A stretch of DNA of 64,000 nucleotides from Eledone cirrhosa. Taxonomy: Eukaryota. Shown one piece after another: positions 11,601 through 22,100 of this stretch (position 1 is the stretch's first letter; each line of letters opens with the position of its first letter). The DNA lies in assembly GCA_964016885.1 (NCBI GenBank), contig OZ024740.1:258044001-258108000 (forward strand), read 5' to 3'. Made by a program: the position numbers and the translations under genes. The notes beneath the pieces were generated by a model, which worked only from the letters and a program-made list of their open reading frames with translations, was not told the DNA's origin and made no database searches.

Positions 11601-13104
11601 CCAAGGTGTTAGCAAATAGATTGCCGTTTATCGTCGTTGATCTGGTGGGAGAGGGGCAGACATGCGCCATTCCGGACAGATCAATCCACGACGCATCTCA
11701 TGCGATACATCATAGAGAGTGTGGTTAAGGAACCTAGTATGGGTGGGTCCCTGATCAACTTGGTTCAATATAAAGCATTTTATAGGGTCGACCATCGGTA
11801 CCTGGCTGCGGTCCTCGATGCGGCCGGCTTCGGGTCCGTTTTTAGGGATTGGATCGCCCAACTCTGACCAACAAGGAGCACCTTCTCTTCCGCTTTTTGT
11901 GGAAGGGACGTGCTACCATGGTCAGACGATCCATTTGCTGTCAACACCCGTTGCGTGGAGAAATGGGCATGCCGTGGCTCATGATGCGCAAACATCCGCT
12001 GAGGCTGCGACATCTCTGGTGCTTCCTTGACGGTGAACAGGCGTGATCGCCGTTTGCCAGGCGCGCTTCCCCCACCTCGTCTCCTTGACGGAGCTGCAGG
12101 AAAAGACCCTGGGATAGCGCTTGGAAGCTGGAATGTCTCCAAGCACTCACCGCCCTGTACCAGCTGGGCACTAGTATCGGTGGAACATCCACCTCGGCGT
12201 TCTATAGAGGGCTAGTGGAGGGAAAGAGCGACGACGTTCTCGGGGAGACCCTGGGTGTCGAAGATGACAGCTGTTCGCTCGCTTCAAGAGAACTTTCAGA
12301 CCGGGGTCTATGGACAACTTCCAGAAATCCCTTGCCTGGCAGTGCTACCTGGGAGCGTTGCCGGTTCGGAGTAACCTCTACAGGCGTGGAGGTGCTGTCA
12401 GCCGAGCCTGTCCGAGATGCGCGCAGGGCGACGAAACCGTGCTGCACGCACTCGTTCAGTGCCCGAGGATTGCTGACTTGTGGAGCTATGTCGAACAGCT
12501 GCCGTCGCGTGTAGGACGGATCCGGTTATCGACTGACTCCATTGTGCAGATAGCCCCGCCATCCTCCTTTAAAGGGGAGGAAAGGCAGGCAGTTTTCATC
12601 TGCCTGGTGGCCATGGCGAAAGAGATTGTGTGGTGGACAAGGTTGAAATGGTTGAAGACGGACACTTTCCTCTCCGGCCAATCCCTGATTAACTCTTTCA
12701 AGTTTCACTTGAAGAGGGTGGAGAGGCAAGTACTGTCTTCTAGTAAGTTTGTTGAAAGGTGGGTGAAAGTGGCGAGTCTGGTCCGAGTGAACGGACCCGA
12801 TCGGAGTATGCGCCTGTAGACTGAGGAGTGGGAAAACTGAGAGAGGGCGCTTGCCCTGGTGGTCAGGGTGGCCGTGGTCTTTTGTGTGGTTTTCGCCACG
12901 AGCGACCCTCGGAAGTTTCCCCCCTTTGGGGGAATTTTTCGTTGTTTTAATTTTTTTTTATATTTCTATCTTGTTATAACCTTTTTACACGGACAAACCC
13001 CACTTTGTATTGTCCTGTACCGTTCTATGCCATCTGTAATGTTTTTCTTTATGTTAGCCTTTGTGGCCAATAAAGAAACCATTATCATTATTATTATTAT
13101 TATT
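8695..13104 (+). mobile_element. Degenerate Tx1-like LINE retaining both ends (related subfamily; broken ORF1 and ORF2, large internal deletions)
   Basis: ORF1 pieces 8964-10475 homologous to 13320-15416 (TVTYRTV, RATEAQIQKALG, ISVEGRRPK); ORF2 pieces 10720-12819; AATAAA at ~13069 and (ATT)n tail to 13104. Confidence 0.9.
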
Positions 13105-13319
13105 GAATGCCATGGTTGACGGAGGCTCGGCTCTGTAAGGTATAGTAATTTTTAACCGTTAAAACAATTGTAAATTGTTTAAAACTTGAACCAAATTGTT
13201 GATAAAGACACCCTCCTCCTCGTGAGAGGGGTCTTTCTGTCCGTTATTTGGCCCTTCGGGGTGAAATAACCAGTTATTGGGGTTTTGTACCCAAAATTTC
13301 ATTTTAAACAAAAAACAAC

Positions 13320-15416
13320 ATGGCTACAAAAAAGAAATTTCATATGTCACTCCCACTCATTCCGTCTTCTTCTTCCTCAATCATCACTACAGCAGAGAGA
13401 AGATTGTCTCTCTCCCTCCCTTCTTTAAATGTGTCTCTCTCCCTCCCTTCTCTTTCGCAAGCGACGAAAGAAAAGAAAAGTCTCGTGCAAAGCGTGCAAG
13501 GTTTCTCCACGACGACGACGACAGCGACGAAACAGGTGTGCGGGAAACACGAAAACCCAGTTCATTCGTCTGACGTCAGGAATAATAGCAGTAGCAGCCG
13601 TAATAACAACAGCAACAGTGACAATGAAAACAACAGTAGCAGCCGCAACAGCATCACCAGCAGCATAAACAACAACAGCATTAGCAGCAGCAACACCAAC
13701 AACAACCACAGCAACAGCGGCGGAGGCAGTAGTCGTAGTACCTGCAGCAACAACAAAAGTACCAGCAGCTCTGACGACAACAACAACAGCAGAGAAAAAC
13801 CAATCTCATTTGCAGGTATTGCGAAAAATTTGGAAACAATCCTCATAACAAATGAGGAATTAGAGGAAGCGAAGAAGATGGTGACAAAGAACGGACACCG
13901 AGCAATCTGCAAGGCAGCGAAAAGTTTTTTCGAAACCCAAGAGCACTGTACGGTCACGTACCGTACAGTAAGTACAAAATCCCGTAGGGTGGAAAGAGCC
14001 ACAGAGGCCCAAATACAAAAAGCCTTGGGGTCTGTGTGGCAGAGGAAAACGCACATCACCCGAGGCAAAAAATACGCCACCGTAGACGTACTTTTTGCCA
14101 CACCCCAGGAGGCAAAGGCCCAATCAGTAATGACCCTAAGGAGCGAGGAAATGGTGTTGGTGCCCTCCTACTGCGGGCAAAAAATTGTGAGGGTCAAACT
14201 GACCCACGTCCCCCCCGGAATGACCCCTTCTTGGCTGGCCGCGTCTGTCCTCGTCGGAATCGAGGACAAAACAACTGTACTGCAAGTACAGAAAAAAGTA
14301 AGAGAAGATTGGGTCGGCTCCTCCATTGAGATGCTAATCCAAACCAACCAGGAGTGCATCGAAGCTATCCCGGATGTGATAGACTTCGATAACGGCACTC
14401 AACTGCCCATAAGTGTTGAGGGCAAACGCCCGAAATGCTTTCGCTGTGGATCGAAGACTCACCTCAGGGCCTTCTGCAACGAGAAGACCCTGAGAAAGGA
14501 GAAAACCCCCCTCCTTCCGAATCCGGCTCCACGGCTACCAGCAACAGGACAAGCGGCAACCAGGAACGATAGGTCCGTGGCACCCATACCCACTCCACGG
14601 AAATCAAAGACAGCAGCAGCAGTGGAAATATTAACAACAACAACAGCAATACCAAATGCAGCTGCAACAGAGACTCCAGTGCAAACATCACCAACAACAA
14701 CAAGTGAAAGAGTGGAGCTGGTACCCCTCCCCGACCTTACAGAATCAGACATGGAGTGTGAGGTGGGAGAGGGATGGCAAAAGGTCGCAAGAAGGCACAA
14801 ACGCAGAAGCAGCGCATCGTCGCCTTTGAAAAGGGAGGAAAGAAATGAGAAAAGGGTAAAGTCTACTGCAAAGAGACCCACAGCAGCAACACCACCAACA
14901 CCATCACCACCCACACCAGCACCACCATCACCACCGGCGACAACCCCACCGCCAACAACACCTTCAACACCACCACCACAAGCACCAACATCGCAAACAC
15001 AACAACAAAACACACACACCCAGCAACAACGACAAGAAAATAGCAGAACCACACCCCACCCCCAGAAAAACAAATGCACGGCAATAAACACACACAACAA
15101 GAAACTAATGACTTACATAATTGAACACACAGACATTTCACAACAGGACTACATAATACCAGCACCAATCAAAACGCCAACTAACATAAGACTGCTAAAA
15201 ATAGCACAGAAACAATACACAAACATTAAAACGAAATTCCCCAACGCAGTTGGTGATTTCAGGGACCTAGGAGGAACCATCAATCGAAGAGTATATTCAG
15301 ACATTCTCTTAGAAGAGCCGACGACCAGCCGAAGGGACGATTCAACGGTCCCTTCACCAGACGATCAAGTGAAAAGGGATGTAAAAACCATCCCTCCTCT
15401 ACCAAAAGTACGGTAA
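13320..15416 (+). CDS. LINE ORF1 protein (nucleic-acid-binding, gag-like CCHC knuckle)
   Basis: 698 aa open frame directly upstream of ORF2; CX2CX4HX4C knuckle CFRCGSKTHLRAFC; Asn/Ser-rich N-terminus; Pro/Thr/Gln-rich C-terminus; basic RRHKRR patch. Confidence 0.88.
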   Translation: MATKKKFHMSLPLIPSSSSSIITTAERRLSLSLPSLNVSLSLPSLSQATKEKKSLVQSVQGFSTTTTTATKQVCGKHENPVHSSDVRNNSSSSRNNNSNSDNENNSSSRNSITSSINNNSISSSNTNNNHSNSGGGSSRSTCSNNKSTSSSDDNNNSREKPISFAGIAKNLETILITNEELEEAKKMVTKNGHRAICKAAKSFFETQEHCTVTYRTVSTKSRRVERATEAQIQKALGSVWQRKTHITRGKKYATVDVLFATPQEAKAQSVMTLRSEEMVLVPSYCGQKIVRVKLTHVPPGMTPSWLAASVLVGIEDKTTVLQVQKKVREDWVGSSIEMLIQTNQECIEAIPDVIDFDNGTQLPISVEGKRPKCFRCGSKTHLRAFCNEKTLRKEKTPLLPNPAPRLPATGQAATRNDRSVAPIPTPRKSKTAAAVEILTTTTAIPNAAATETPVQTSPTTTSERVELVPLPDLTESDMECEVGEGWQKVARRHKRRSSASSPLKREERNEKRVKSTAKRPTAATPPTPSPPTPAPPSPPATTPPPTTPSTPPPQAPTSQTQQQNTHTQQQRQENSRTTPHPQKNKCTAINTHNKKLMTYIIEHTDISQQDYIIPAPIKTPTNIRLLKIAQKQYTNIKTKFPNAVGDFRDLGGTINRRVYSDILLEEPTTSRRDDSTVPSPDDQVKRDVKTIPPLPKVR

Positions 15417-15451
15417 GTGGTCTTTCCCATCTTTTCCACTCTATTTTAAAC

Positions 15452-18400
15452 ATGACCTCACTCAGAATAGGCAGCATAAATGCGCGTGGCTTGGGGTCGT
15501 CATGGAAGCAGGGTCACCTGCTCAACGACCTCAGGTCACTAAACATAGATGTAGTGGCCATCAGCGAGACCAGAATCTCCGAAGCACGGGCCTTCGCACC
15601 GATCTTCGGCGGCTACGATGTGTACGCATCTCCCAGCCGTCCTGGATCGGGTGGAGGAGTTGCTGTGCTTTTTCGGAGAGGTTTGGATCTCGCCATACGG
15701 GCCATCTTCCTGGACCCAGAGGGTAAGCTGGTGGTGCTGGACGTGACCAGCGGAGACGGGCAAGCTTTCAGGCTAGTGGCCGTCTATGCCCCGACAGGAG
15801 CAGGGCGGCCTGATTTCTTCCGGCGTCTGGAGACCTTTCTTGGAACGTCCCGCTCTTTAGTGTTAGTGGGCGACTGGAACGGGATCTTAGATGCACGCTG
15901 GGACTGTGTGGGATTAGCGGATAGGGGTGGAGGGTGCAAGAGCCTCACCAACCTGCTCAGGCGTTTTGAACTGTCTGACAGGTACCGATTGGATTTCCCG
16001 AATGTGCCAATGTGGACTTGGACAAACCGCATAGGGTCATCCAGATCATATCTAGATAGAGTATTTTGTAGGGAAATAGATAGGTCTAGCATAGGCTGTC
16101 CACAATTCAAGATAGTCAGCTACACGGACCACAAATTTGTGATCTGTGTGCTTGACTTAGATAGGCTTCATAGACGAGGACCCGGCTACTGGAAGCTAAA
16201 CGCGTCCTTACCAGCGCGCAAGGCCTACAGAGACCGGATTAGCGAACTAGTTAAGCGGGCGTTGACGGGGGCCATCGTCAACAACAAGTGGTGGTTTGCT
16301 CTGAAAAGAGCGATTAGAATAGAATCGATTAGGTTTAGTAAGGCTTTAGCAATAGAGAAAAATAGAGCAGAGGGAGAACTAGTTAGAAAATTAGACGAGG
16401 CGCTTAGCAAAGGCATTGCGACCGACGTGCTTGCGGCGAAATTGGCCCTTGACCAATTCTTCAATGCAAAGCACGAAGGCTGCGTTGTCAGAGCTAGGGT
16501 GCGTGCTCTCAGACACGAGGGGACGAAAGCCGTTCAATGGGCCCGAGTGGCGGAGGCGCGTCGTGGCAACAAAGCCACGATCCGGTCTTTGGTGGACCAC
16601 GACGGGCGCATGCTACTCGATCCCGGGCAAATGTGTGAAGCTTTTCAGCAACACTTCGCTCAGCTGTTCGGGGGCAGCGGGGGGCCGGGTAGAGGGATGG
16701 ACTTTAGTGTCTACCTCGACGGACTGCCGCGGCTCTCGGCCACTGAGGCGAAGTGTTGCGAAAAGCCGATAACAGCCGCTGAAGTAAGGGAGGCGATGAC
16801 TGGCTGCACAAGGGGCAAATCGCCTGGTTTGGATGGTCTGCCCTATGAACTTTACGTACAGATGCCAGACTTGTTCGGAGGCCTCTTGGCGGACGTCTAC
16901 TGCAACTGGCAACAGAACGGGAGAATTCCCAGTTCTGTGAGCCGAGGAGCGGTGGCACTGCTGAGAAAGGATCCGAACAAGGGGGATAACATAGACAATT
17001 TCCGGCCCATAACTCTGCTAAACACAGAGTTTAAGATTTTGGCCAAGGTGCTAGCAAAGAGGTTGGCGCTTGTCGTTGGTGGTCTGGTGGGAGAGGCGCA
17101 GACATGCGCCATTCCCGACAGATCCATCCACGACAACCTCCACCTCATGCGATACATCGTAGAGAGGGTAGCTAGGGAACCTGGCACGGGTGGGTCCTTG
17201 ATCAATTTAGATCAGTCGAAAGCTTTCGATAGGGTCGACCATCGTTACCTAGCGGCAGTCCTGAGGGCGGCTGGCTTTGGGCCCGTCTTCAGAGGCTGGA
17301 TCGCTGCCATGCACAGCGACATCTGCTCTGTGGTGAGAGTGAACGGTCACCTGTCGGAACCGTTCAACATCATGCGCTCGGTCCGCCAAGGATGTCCCCT
17401 CTCGTCCCTCTTGTACGTATTGACTCTCGAGCCATTACTGCACAAACTGGAGACGTTGAGGGGAGTCCCGCGCGAACTAGGATGCGGAAGATCCGTGTCA
17501 GCATATGCGGACGATGTCACCGTAGTGGTGTCGAACGCCAAACACATCGAGGCGATCGGCACTACACTAAGAGAATACGAAGCGGTGACAGGAGCAATGA
17601 TCAACCAGGAAAAGTCAGTGGGCCTGCAGCTCGGCACCTGGAGAGGCAGGTCCATGCCGTCCAACAGCGTCGTCGGGCGCTGGACGGACGGACCGGTTAA
17701 ATTGCTAGGGGTCTGGTTCGGTCCGGACCTCCAGACGGACAAAAACTGGGACGAGGTGACGAGCAGGGTGGCTTCTCTCACCCAGAAATGGGCGGAGAGG
17801 AAGCTATCCCTGAAAGGTCGAGCGGAGGTGGCTAACGCGTACATCGCGTCTGTCATCTGCTACCGCCTAACCGTCGTACCTTGTCCTAAGCCTCGCCTGA
17901 CTGCGCTGGAGCGTTTGCTCTTTCGCTTTTTGTGGAAGGGACGTGCTCCGATGGTCAGGCGGTCCATCTGTTGTCAACACCCGCTACGTGGAGGGCTGGG
18001 CATGCCGTGGCTGATGATGCGCAGGCACGCGCTCAGGCTACGACATCTCCACCTCTTCCTCGACGGTGATCAGGTGTGGTCGCCGTTTGCTAGACGCGTT
18101 TTTCCCCAGCTCGTTTCCTTGACGGAGCTGCAGTCCTGGGTCAAGCGAAGACCGAGAGGGAGCGCCTGGAGACTGGAATGTCTTCAGGCGCTCACAGCCC
18201 TCGACCAATCGGGCAATGTGATCGGTGGAAACTCCACCTCGGCGTTCTATAGAGGATTAGTGGAGGGGAAGAGCGACGACGTACTTGGGGAAACTCTAGG
18301 CGTCGACGAAAATCAACTAGCCAATCTCTTCGGAAGAACTTTCGGGCCAGGGCCTATGGACAACTTCCAGAAATCTCTGGCCTGGCAGTGCTACCGAGGA

Positions 18401-18871
18401 GCCTTGCCAGTTCGGGATAAACTCTACAGGCATGGAGGTGCCGTCAGCCGGGCATGTCCGAGATGCGCGCAGGGCGACGAAACCGTCCTGCACGCACTCG
18501 TCCAGTGTCCGAAAATTGCTGACTTGTGGGTTTATGTCGAACACCTGCTGTCGCGTTTAGGACGGATCCAGCTATCATCTGAGTCTATCGTGAGGATTGC
18601 CCCGCCCTCCTCCTTTAGCCGGGAAGGGCAGGCAGTTTTTATCTGTCTGGTGGCCATGGCGAAAGAGATAGTATGGTGGACACGTTTGAAAGGGCTGAAG
18701 ACGAGCACTTACCTCTTCGGTGATGCTCTGATTGACTTTTTCAAATTTCATTTGAAAAGGAAAATCAGAGTAGAGAAGGAAGTGCTCTCTTCCCAGCATT
18801 TTGTTGAAAGATGGGTGAGAGAAGCAAGAATGGCCCGAGTGAATGGGCCGACTCTGAGTATATATCTGTAA
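15452..18871 (+). CDS. LINE ORF2: APE endonuclease + reverse transcriptase + C-terminal CCHC finger (Tx1-like)
   Basis: 1139 aa; APE motifs SINARG, ISET, VYAP, GDWN, YLDR, TDH; GPGYWKLN; RT motifs KSPGLDGLP, NFRPITLLN, DQSKAFDRV, RQGCPLS, AYADD; CPRCAQGDETVLHALVQC. Confidence 0.97.
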   Translation: MTSLRIGSINARGLGSSWKQGHLLNDLRSLNIDVVAISETRISEARAFAPIFGGYDVYASPSRPGSGGGVAVLFRRGLDLAIRAIFLDPEGKLVVLDVTSGDGQAFRLVAVYAPTGAGRPDFFRRLETFLGTSRSLVLVGDWNGILDARWDCVGLADRGGGCKSLTNLLRRFELSDRYRLDFPNVPMWTWTNRIGSSRSYLDRVFCREIDRSSIGCPQFKIVSYTDHKFVICVLDLDRLHRRGPGYWKLNASLPARKAYRDRISELVKRALTGAIVNNKWWFALKRAIRIESIRFSKALAIEKNRAEGELVRKLDEALSKGIATDVLAAKLALDQFFNAKHEGCVVRARVRALRHEGTKAVQWARVAEARRGNKATIRSLVDHDGRMLLDPGQMCEAFQQHFAQLFGGSGGPGRGMDFSVYLDGLPRLSATEAKCCEKPITAAEVREAMTGCTRGKSPGLDGLPYELYVQMPDLFGGLLADVYCNWQQNGRIPSSVSRGAVALLRKDPNKGDNIDNFRPITLLNTEFKILAKVLAKRLALVVGGLVGEAQTCAIPDRSIHDNLHLMRYIVERVAREPGTGGSLINLDQSKAFDRVDHRYLAAVLRAAGFGPVFRGWIAAMHSDICSVVRVNGHLSEPFNIMRSVRQGCPLSSLLYVLTLEPLLHKLETLRGVPRELGCGRSVSAYADDVTVVVSNAKHIEAIGTTLREYEAVTGAMINQEKSVGLQLGTWRGRSMPSNSVVGRWTDGPVKLLGVWFGPDLQTDKNWDEVTSRVASLTQKWAERKLSLKGRAEVANAYIASVICYRLTVVPCPKPRLTALERLLFRFLWKGRAPMVRRSICCQHPLRGGLGMPWLMMRRHALRLRHLHLFLDGDQVWSPFARRVFPQLVSLTELQSWVKRRPRGSAWRLECLQALTALDQSGNVIGGNSTSAFYRGLVEGKSDDVLGETLGVDENQLANLFGRTFGPGPMDNFQKSLAWQCYRGALPVRDKLYRHGGAVSRACPRCAQGDETVLHALVQCPKIADLWVYVEHLLSRLGRIQLSSESIVRIAPPSSFSREGQAVFICLVAMAKEIVWWTRLKGLKTSTYLFGDALIDFFKFHLKRKIRVEKEVLSSQHFVERWVREARMARVNGPTLSIYL

Positions 18872-19132
18872 ACTAAAGGTGGAAAACTGGGAGAGGGCAC
18901 TTGCCTTGGTGGTCAGGGTCATTGTGGCTTTTTACTGGGCTTTCTCCACAAATGTCCCTCCGAAGTTTCCCCCCTATTGGGGAATTTTTTCATTGTTATT
19001 TTCATTGTTATTTTTGTTACATCCTCTGTTTTTGTCTTTTTACACGCAGAAATGCCCATTTGTACCGTCCTGCATTGTCCTGCACTGTCCTTAATGTCTA
19101 CTTTATGTAAACCCTTGTGGTTAATAAAGAAA

Positions 19133-19164
<32 letters not shown>

Positions 19165-19165
<1 letters not shown>

Positions 19166-22100
19166 CTGTTGGTGCTGATGTTATTGGGGAAGTGTTTGCG
19201 TTAATGGTGTCTGTGTTTTTTGTTGTGTACGTCTTTGTGATTTGTTGGGGCTTTTTTTTTGGGGGGGGGGGGGATCTATGTATTTTTTGTACTTTTGGGT
19301 TTTCCTTCATCTTTGCTGCTGGAAGACAAAGTGTCTGTGTCTGTGTGTGCGTTTATTGTTTTATCTATGTGTATAATTAGCGGGGTAGGGGGAGTGGGAG
19401 AGCTTTCCTCGTTTTCCCCTTGGATTGGTTTCGGTGTTGGTGGTGGTCCAGCAACATCGACACCACCCCCACAATCCCCGAAACGCAAACACAAGTACAA
19501 ATAAACACACAAATACCTGAAATTGCAGACACCACACCTACAACAAACACAGACATACCCGAAACAATATAACCAATACCATCACCACCACAGTCACCAA
19601 AACGAAAACAAATAAAACCACACCAATAAAATGTTAAAATTTCGCGCTTGTCAGAAGGGCCAACGATAAACCGATGGCCCTCTTAGCACGAAGAGAGGAC
19701 ATTCAAACAGAGGGGAGATCTTTGAAATGAGCACATTTTGCGTGCCAGAAGATTTGCTTCTGGTCCGAATGTCACTCGATTCTTTCAAAGAAATTCGGGA
19801 GAGCTTTCCTCAAGACTTCGGAACCCCGAATGTGAAACCCACATCGAGACTTTTAAAGGGGTTCCCAAAAGAAACCCCAACAAGCATGGAGGTCAAACCA
19901 CCCAACCTTCACAAGATCCCGGGAGGTAAGTAGACCTCCCTTCTCTCTTTTAGCTTGCCAACATGGCCATATTAAGAGTGGGAAGTTTAAATGTTCGTGG
20001 CCTGGGGTCATCCTGGAAGCATGGTCACCTGCTCAACGACCTCAGGTCACTGGAAATGGATGCGATTGCCGTCAGCGAGACCAGAATTTTCGACACGCGT
20101 GCACTAGCCCCCATTTTCGACGACTATCAGATCTCCGCATCTGTTAGCAGACCGCGAATGGGAGGTGGGTGGCAGTGCTGTTTAGGAAAGGACTGGATCT
20201 GGAGGAAAGGTCGATTTTCCTGGACCCGGACGGTGAGTTCGTGGTCTTGGATGTGAGCAGTAGCGAAGGTGGTGCCTTTAGACTGCGGGCCGTCTACGCC
20301 CCTACAGGGGCCGGACGACCGGATTTCTTTAGACGCCTGGAGACTTTTCTGTGTACGTCTCGCTCTTTACTGTTAGCGGGGGACTGGAACGGCATTTTAG
20401 ACGCACACTGGGATTGTGTGGGAGTAGCTGATAAGAGCGGAGAGTGCAAAAGCCTCAAGCACATAATCAGCAGGTTCCAACTGTCTGACAAGTATCGACT
20501 AGATTTCCCCAATGCGCCAGTGTGGACATGGACCAACCGCATGGTGTCATCTAGATTGTATATAGACAGGATCTTCATTAGGAAAATAGATAGAAATAGT
20601 GTAGGCTGCACACTTTTTAAAACGGTCGCTTATTCAGATCAAAAATTTGTGATCTCTATGATCGACCTAGATAAAACGAGTAGGTTGGGACTGGGTTATT
20701 GGAAGCTGAACATGTCATTTCCAGCACGTAAGGCTTACAGGGACCGAGTCAACAATTTAGTTATGCAAAAGTTGACAGGGGGGATCATCAACAACAGATG
20801 GTGGGGGGCTCTTAAAAGAGAGATTAGAATAACTTCGATAGAGTTCAGCAAAGAGCTAGCGTTAGCGAAAAATAGAAAGGAGGGGGAGCTGGTAGATTAG
20901 TTAGACGAGGCTATTTGTAGTGGCATAGCAACTGACGTGCTAGCGGCGAGAATGGCATTATACCATTTCTTCAATGCGAAACACGAAAGTTGCATTGTCA
21001 GAACTAAGGCGTGTACGCTGAGAAAAGAGGGAACCAAAGCTGTTCGATGGGCCCGCGTGGTGGAGGCGCAGCGTGGTAACAAAACCACAATTCGGTCTTT
21101 GGCGGACCGAGACGGACACGAGATAAGCGATTCCAAGCGGATGCGTGAGTCCTTTCGCCAGCACTTTGCTCGGTTGTTCGGGGAGAGGGGCGAGTCAGAG
21201 AGAGAGAGGCGGATTTCAGTCCCTACTTTGACAGCTTGCCGCGCATCTCGAAGGTCGACGCTGAGCGCTGCGAAAGGCCGATTACTTCAGCCGAAATTCA
21301 GGACGCCCTTGTCGGCTACGTGAGGCGCAAGTCACCCGATTCGGATGGCCTGCCCTACGAGCTTTACGTAAATATGCCAGATTTGTTCTCCGATCTCCTC
21401 GAATCATTCTACTGCAACTGGCAGCAGAATGGGAGTATTCCCAGTGTTGTGAGCAGGAGAGTGGTGACGCTGATCAGGAAAGACGAGAACAAGAGGGATA
21501 CATTAGACAACTTCAGGCCCGTAACTCTGCTCAACACAGAGTTTAAGATTTTGGCCAAGGTGTTAGCAAAGAGATTGGCGCTTGTCGTCAAGGGTGCCCT
21601 CTATCTTCCCTTCTGTACATATTGACTCTCGAGCCTTTACTGCGGAAGCTGAAGCTGTTGCAGGACATCCCGCTCGAACCGGGACGTGGAAAGGTGGTGT
21701 CGGCTTATGCGGACTACATCACCGCGATGGTGTCGGAAACCTCAGAAATCGAGGTGGTCGGCACCTTATTGCAGGAATATGAAAGGTTGACAGGAGCCAA
21801 ACTTAACCAGGAAAAGTCGGTGGGCTTGCAGCTCGGAACCTGGAGAGGCAAGCCTATGCCGTCCAACAGCGTCATGGGGAGCTGAACGTACGGACCGGCA
21901 AAGTAGCTCGATGTTTGGTTTGGACCAGTCCTCCAGGTGAAAAAGAATTGGGACGAGGTAACGAGCAGGGTAGCCAGTCTCACCCAAAAATGGGCTGGGA
22001 GGAAGCTATCACTGAAAGGACGCGCGGAGATGGCGAATACGTACATCGTGTCCGTCATCTACTACCGCCTGACCGTCGTGCCTTGCCCCTGTCAGCGCCT

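Larger units (their letters stand above)
13105..19164 (+). mobile_element. Full-length, apparently intact Tx1/L1-clade LINE (~6.06 kb)
   Basis: 5' UTR, two uninterrupted ORFs, structured 3' UTR, AATAAA 19123-19128, (ATT)10 tail; (ATT)n also directly upstream. Confidence 0.95.

Noticed and set aside
8975-15168. Long minus-strand Leu/Val-rich ORFs (8975-9559, 13562-14101, 14459-15100)
   Set aside because: Antisense shadows of low-complexity LINE ORF1 sequence.
15452-18871. GC-rich ORF as bacterial contamination, retron or group II intron RT
   Set aside because: APE + RT + CCHC layout, gag-like ORF1, polyadenylation signal and repeat tail identify a eukaryotic LINE.
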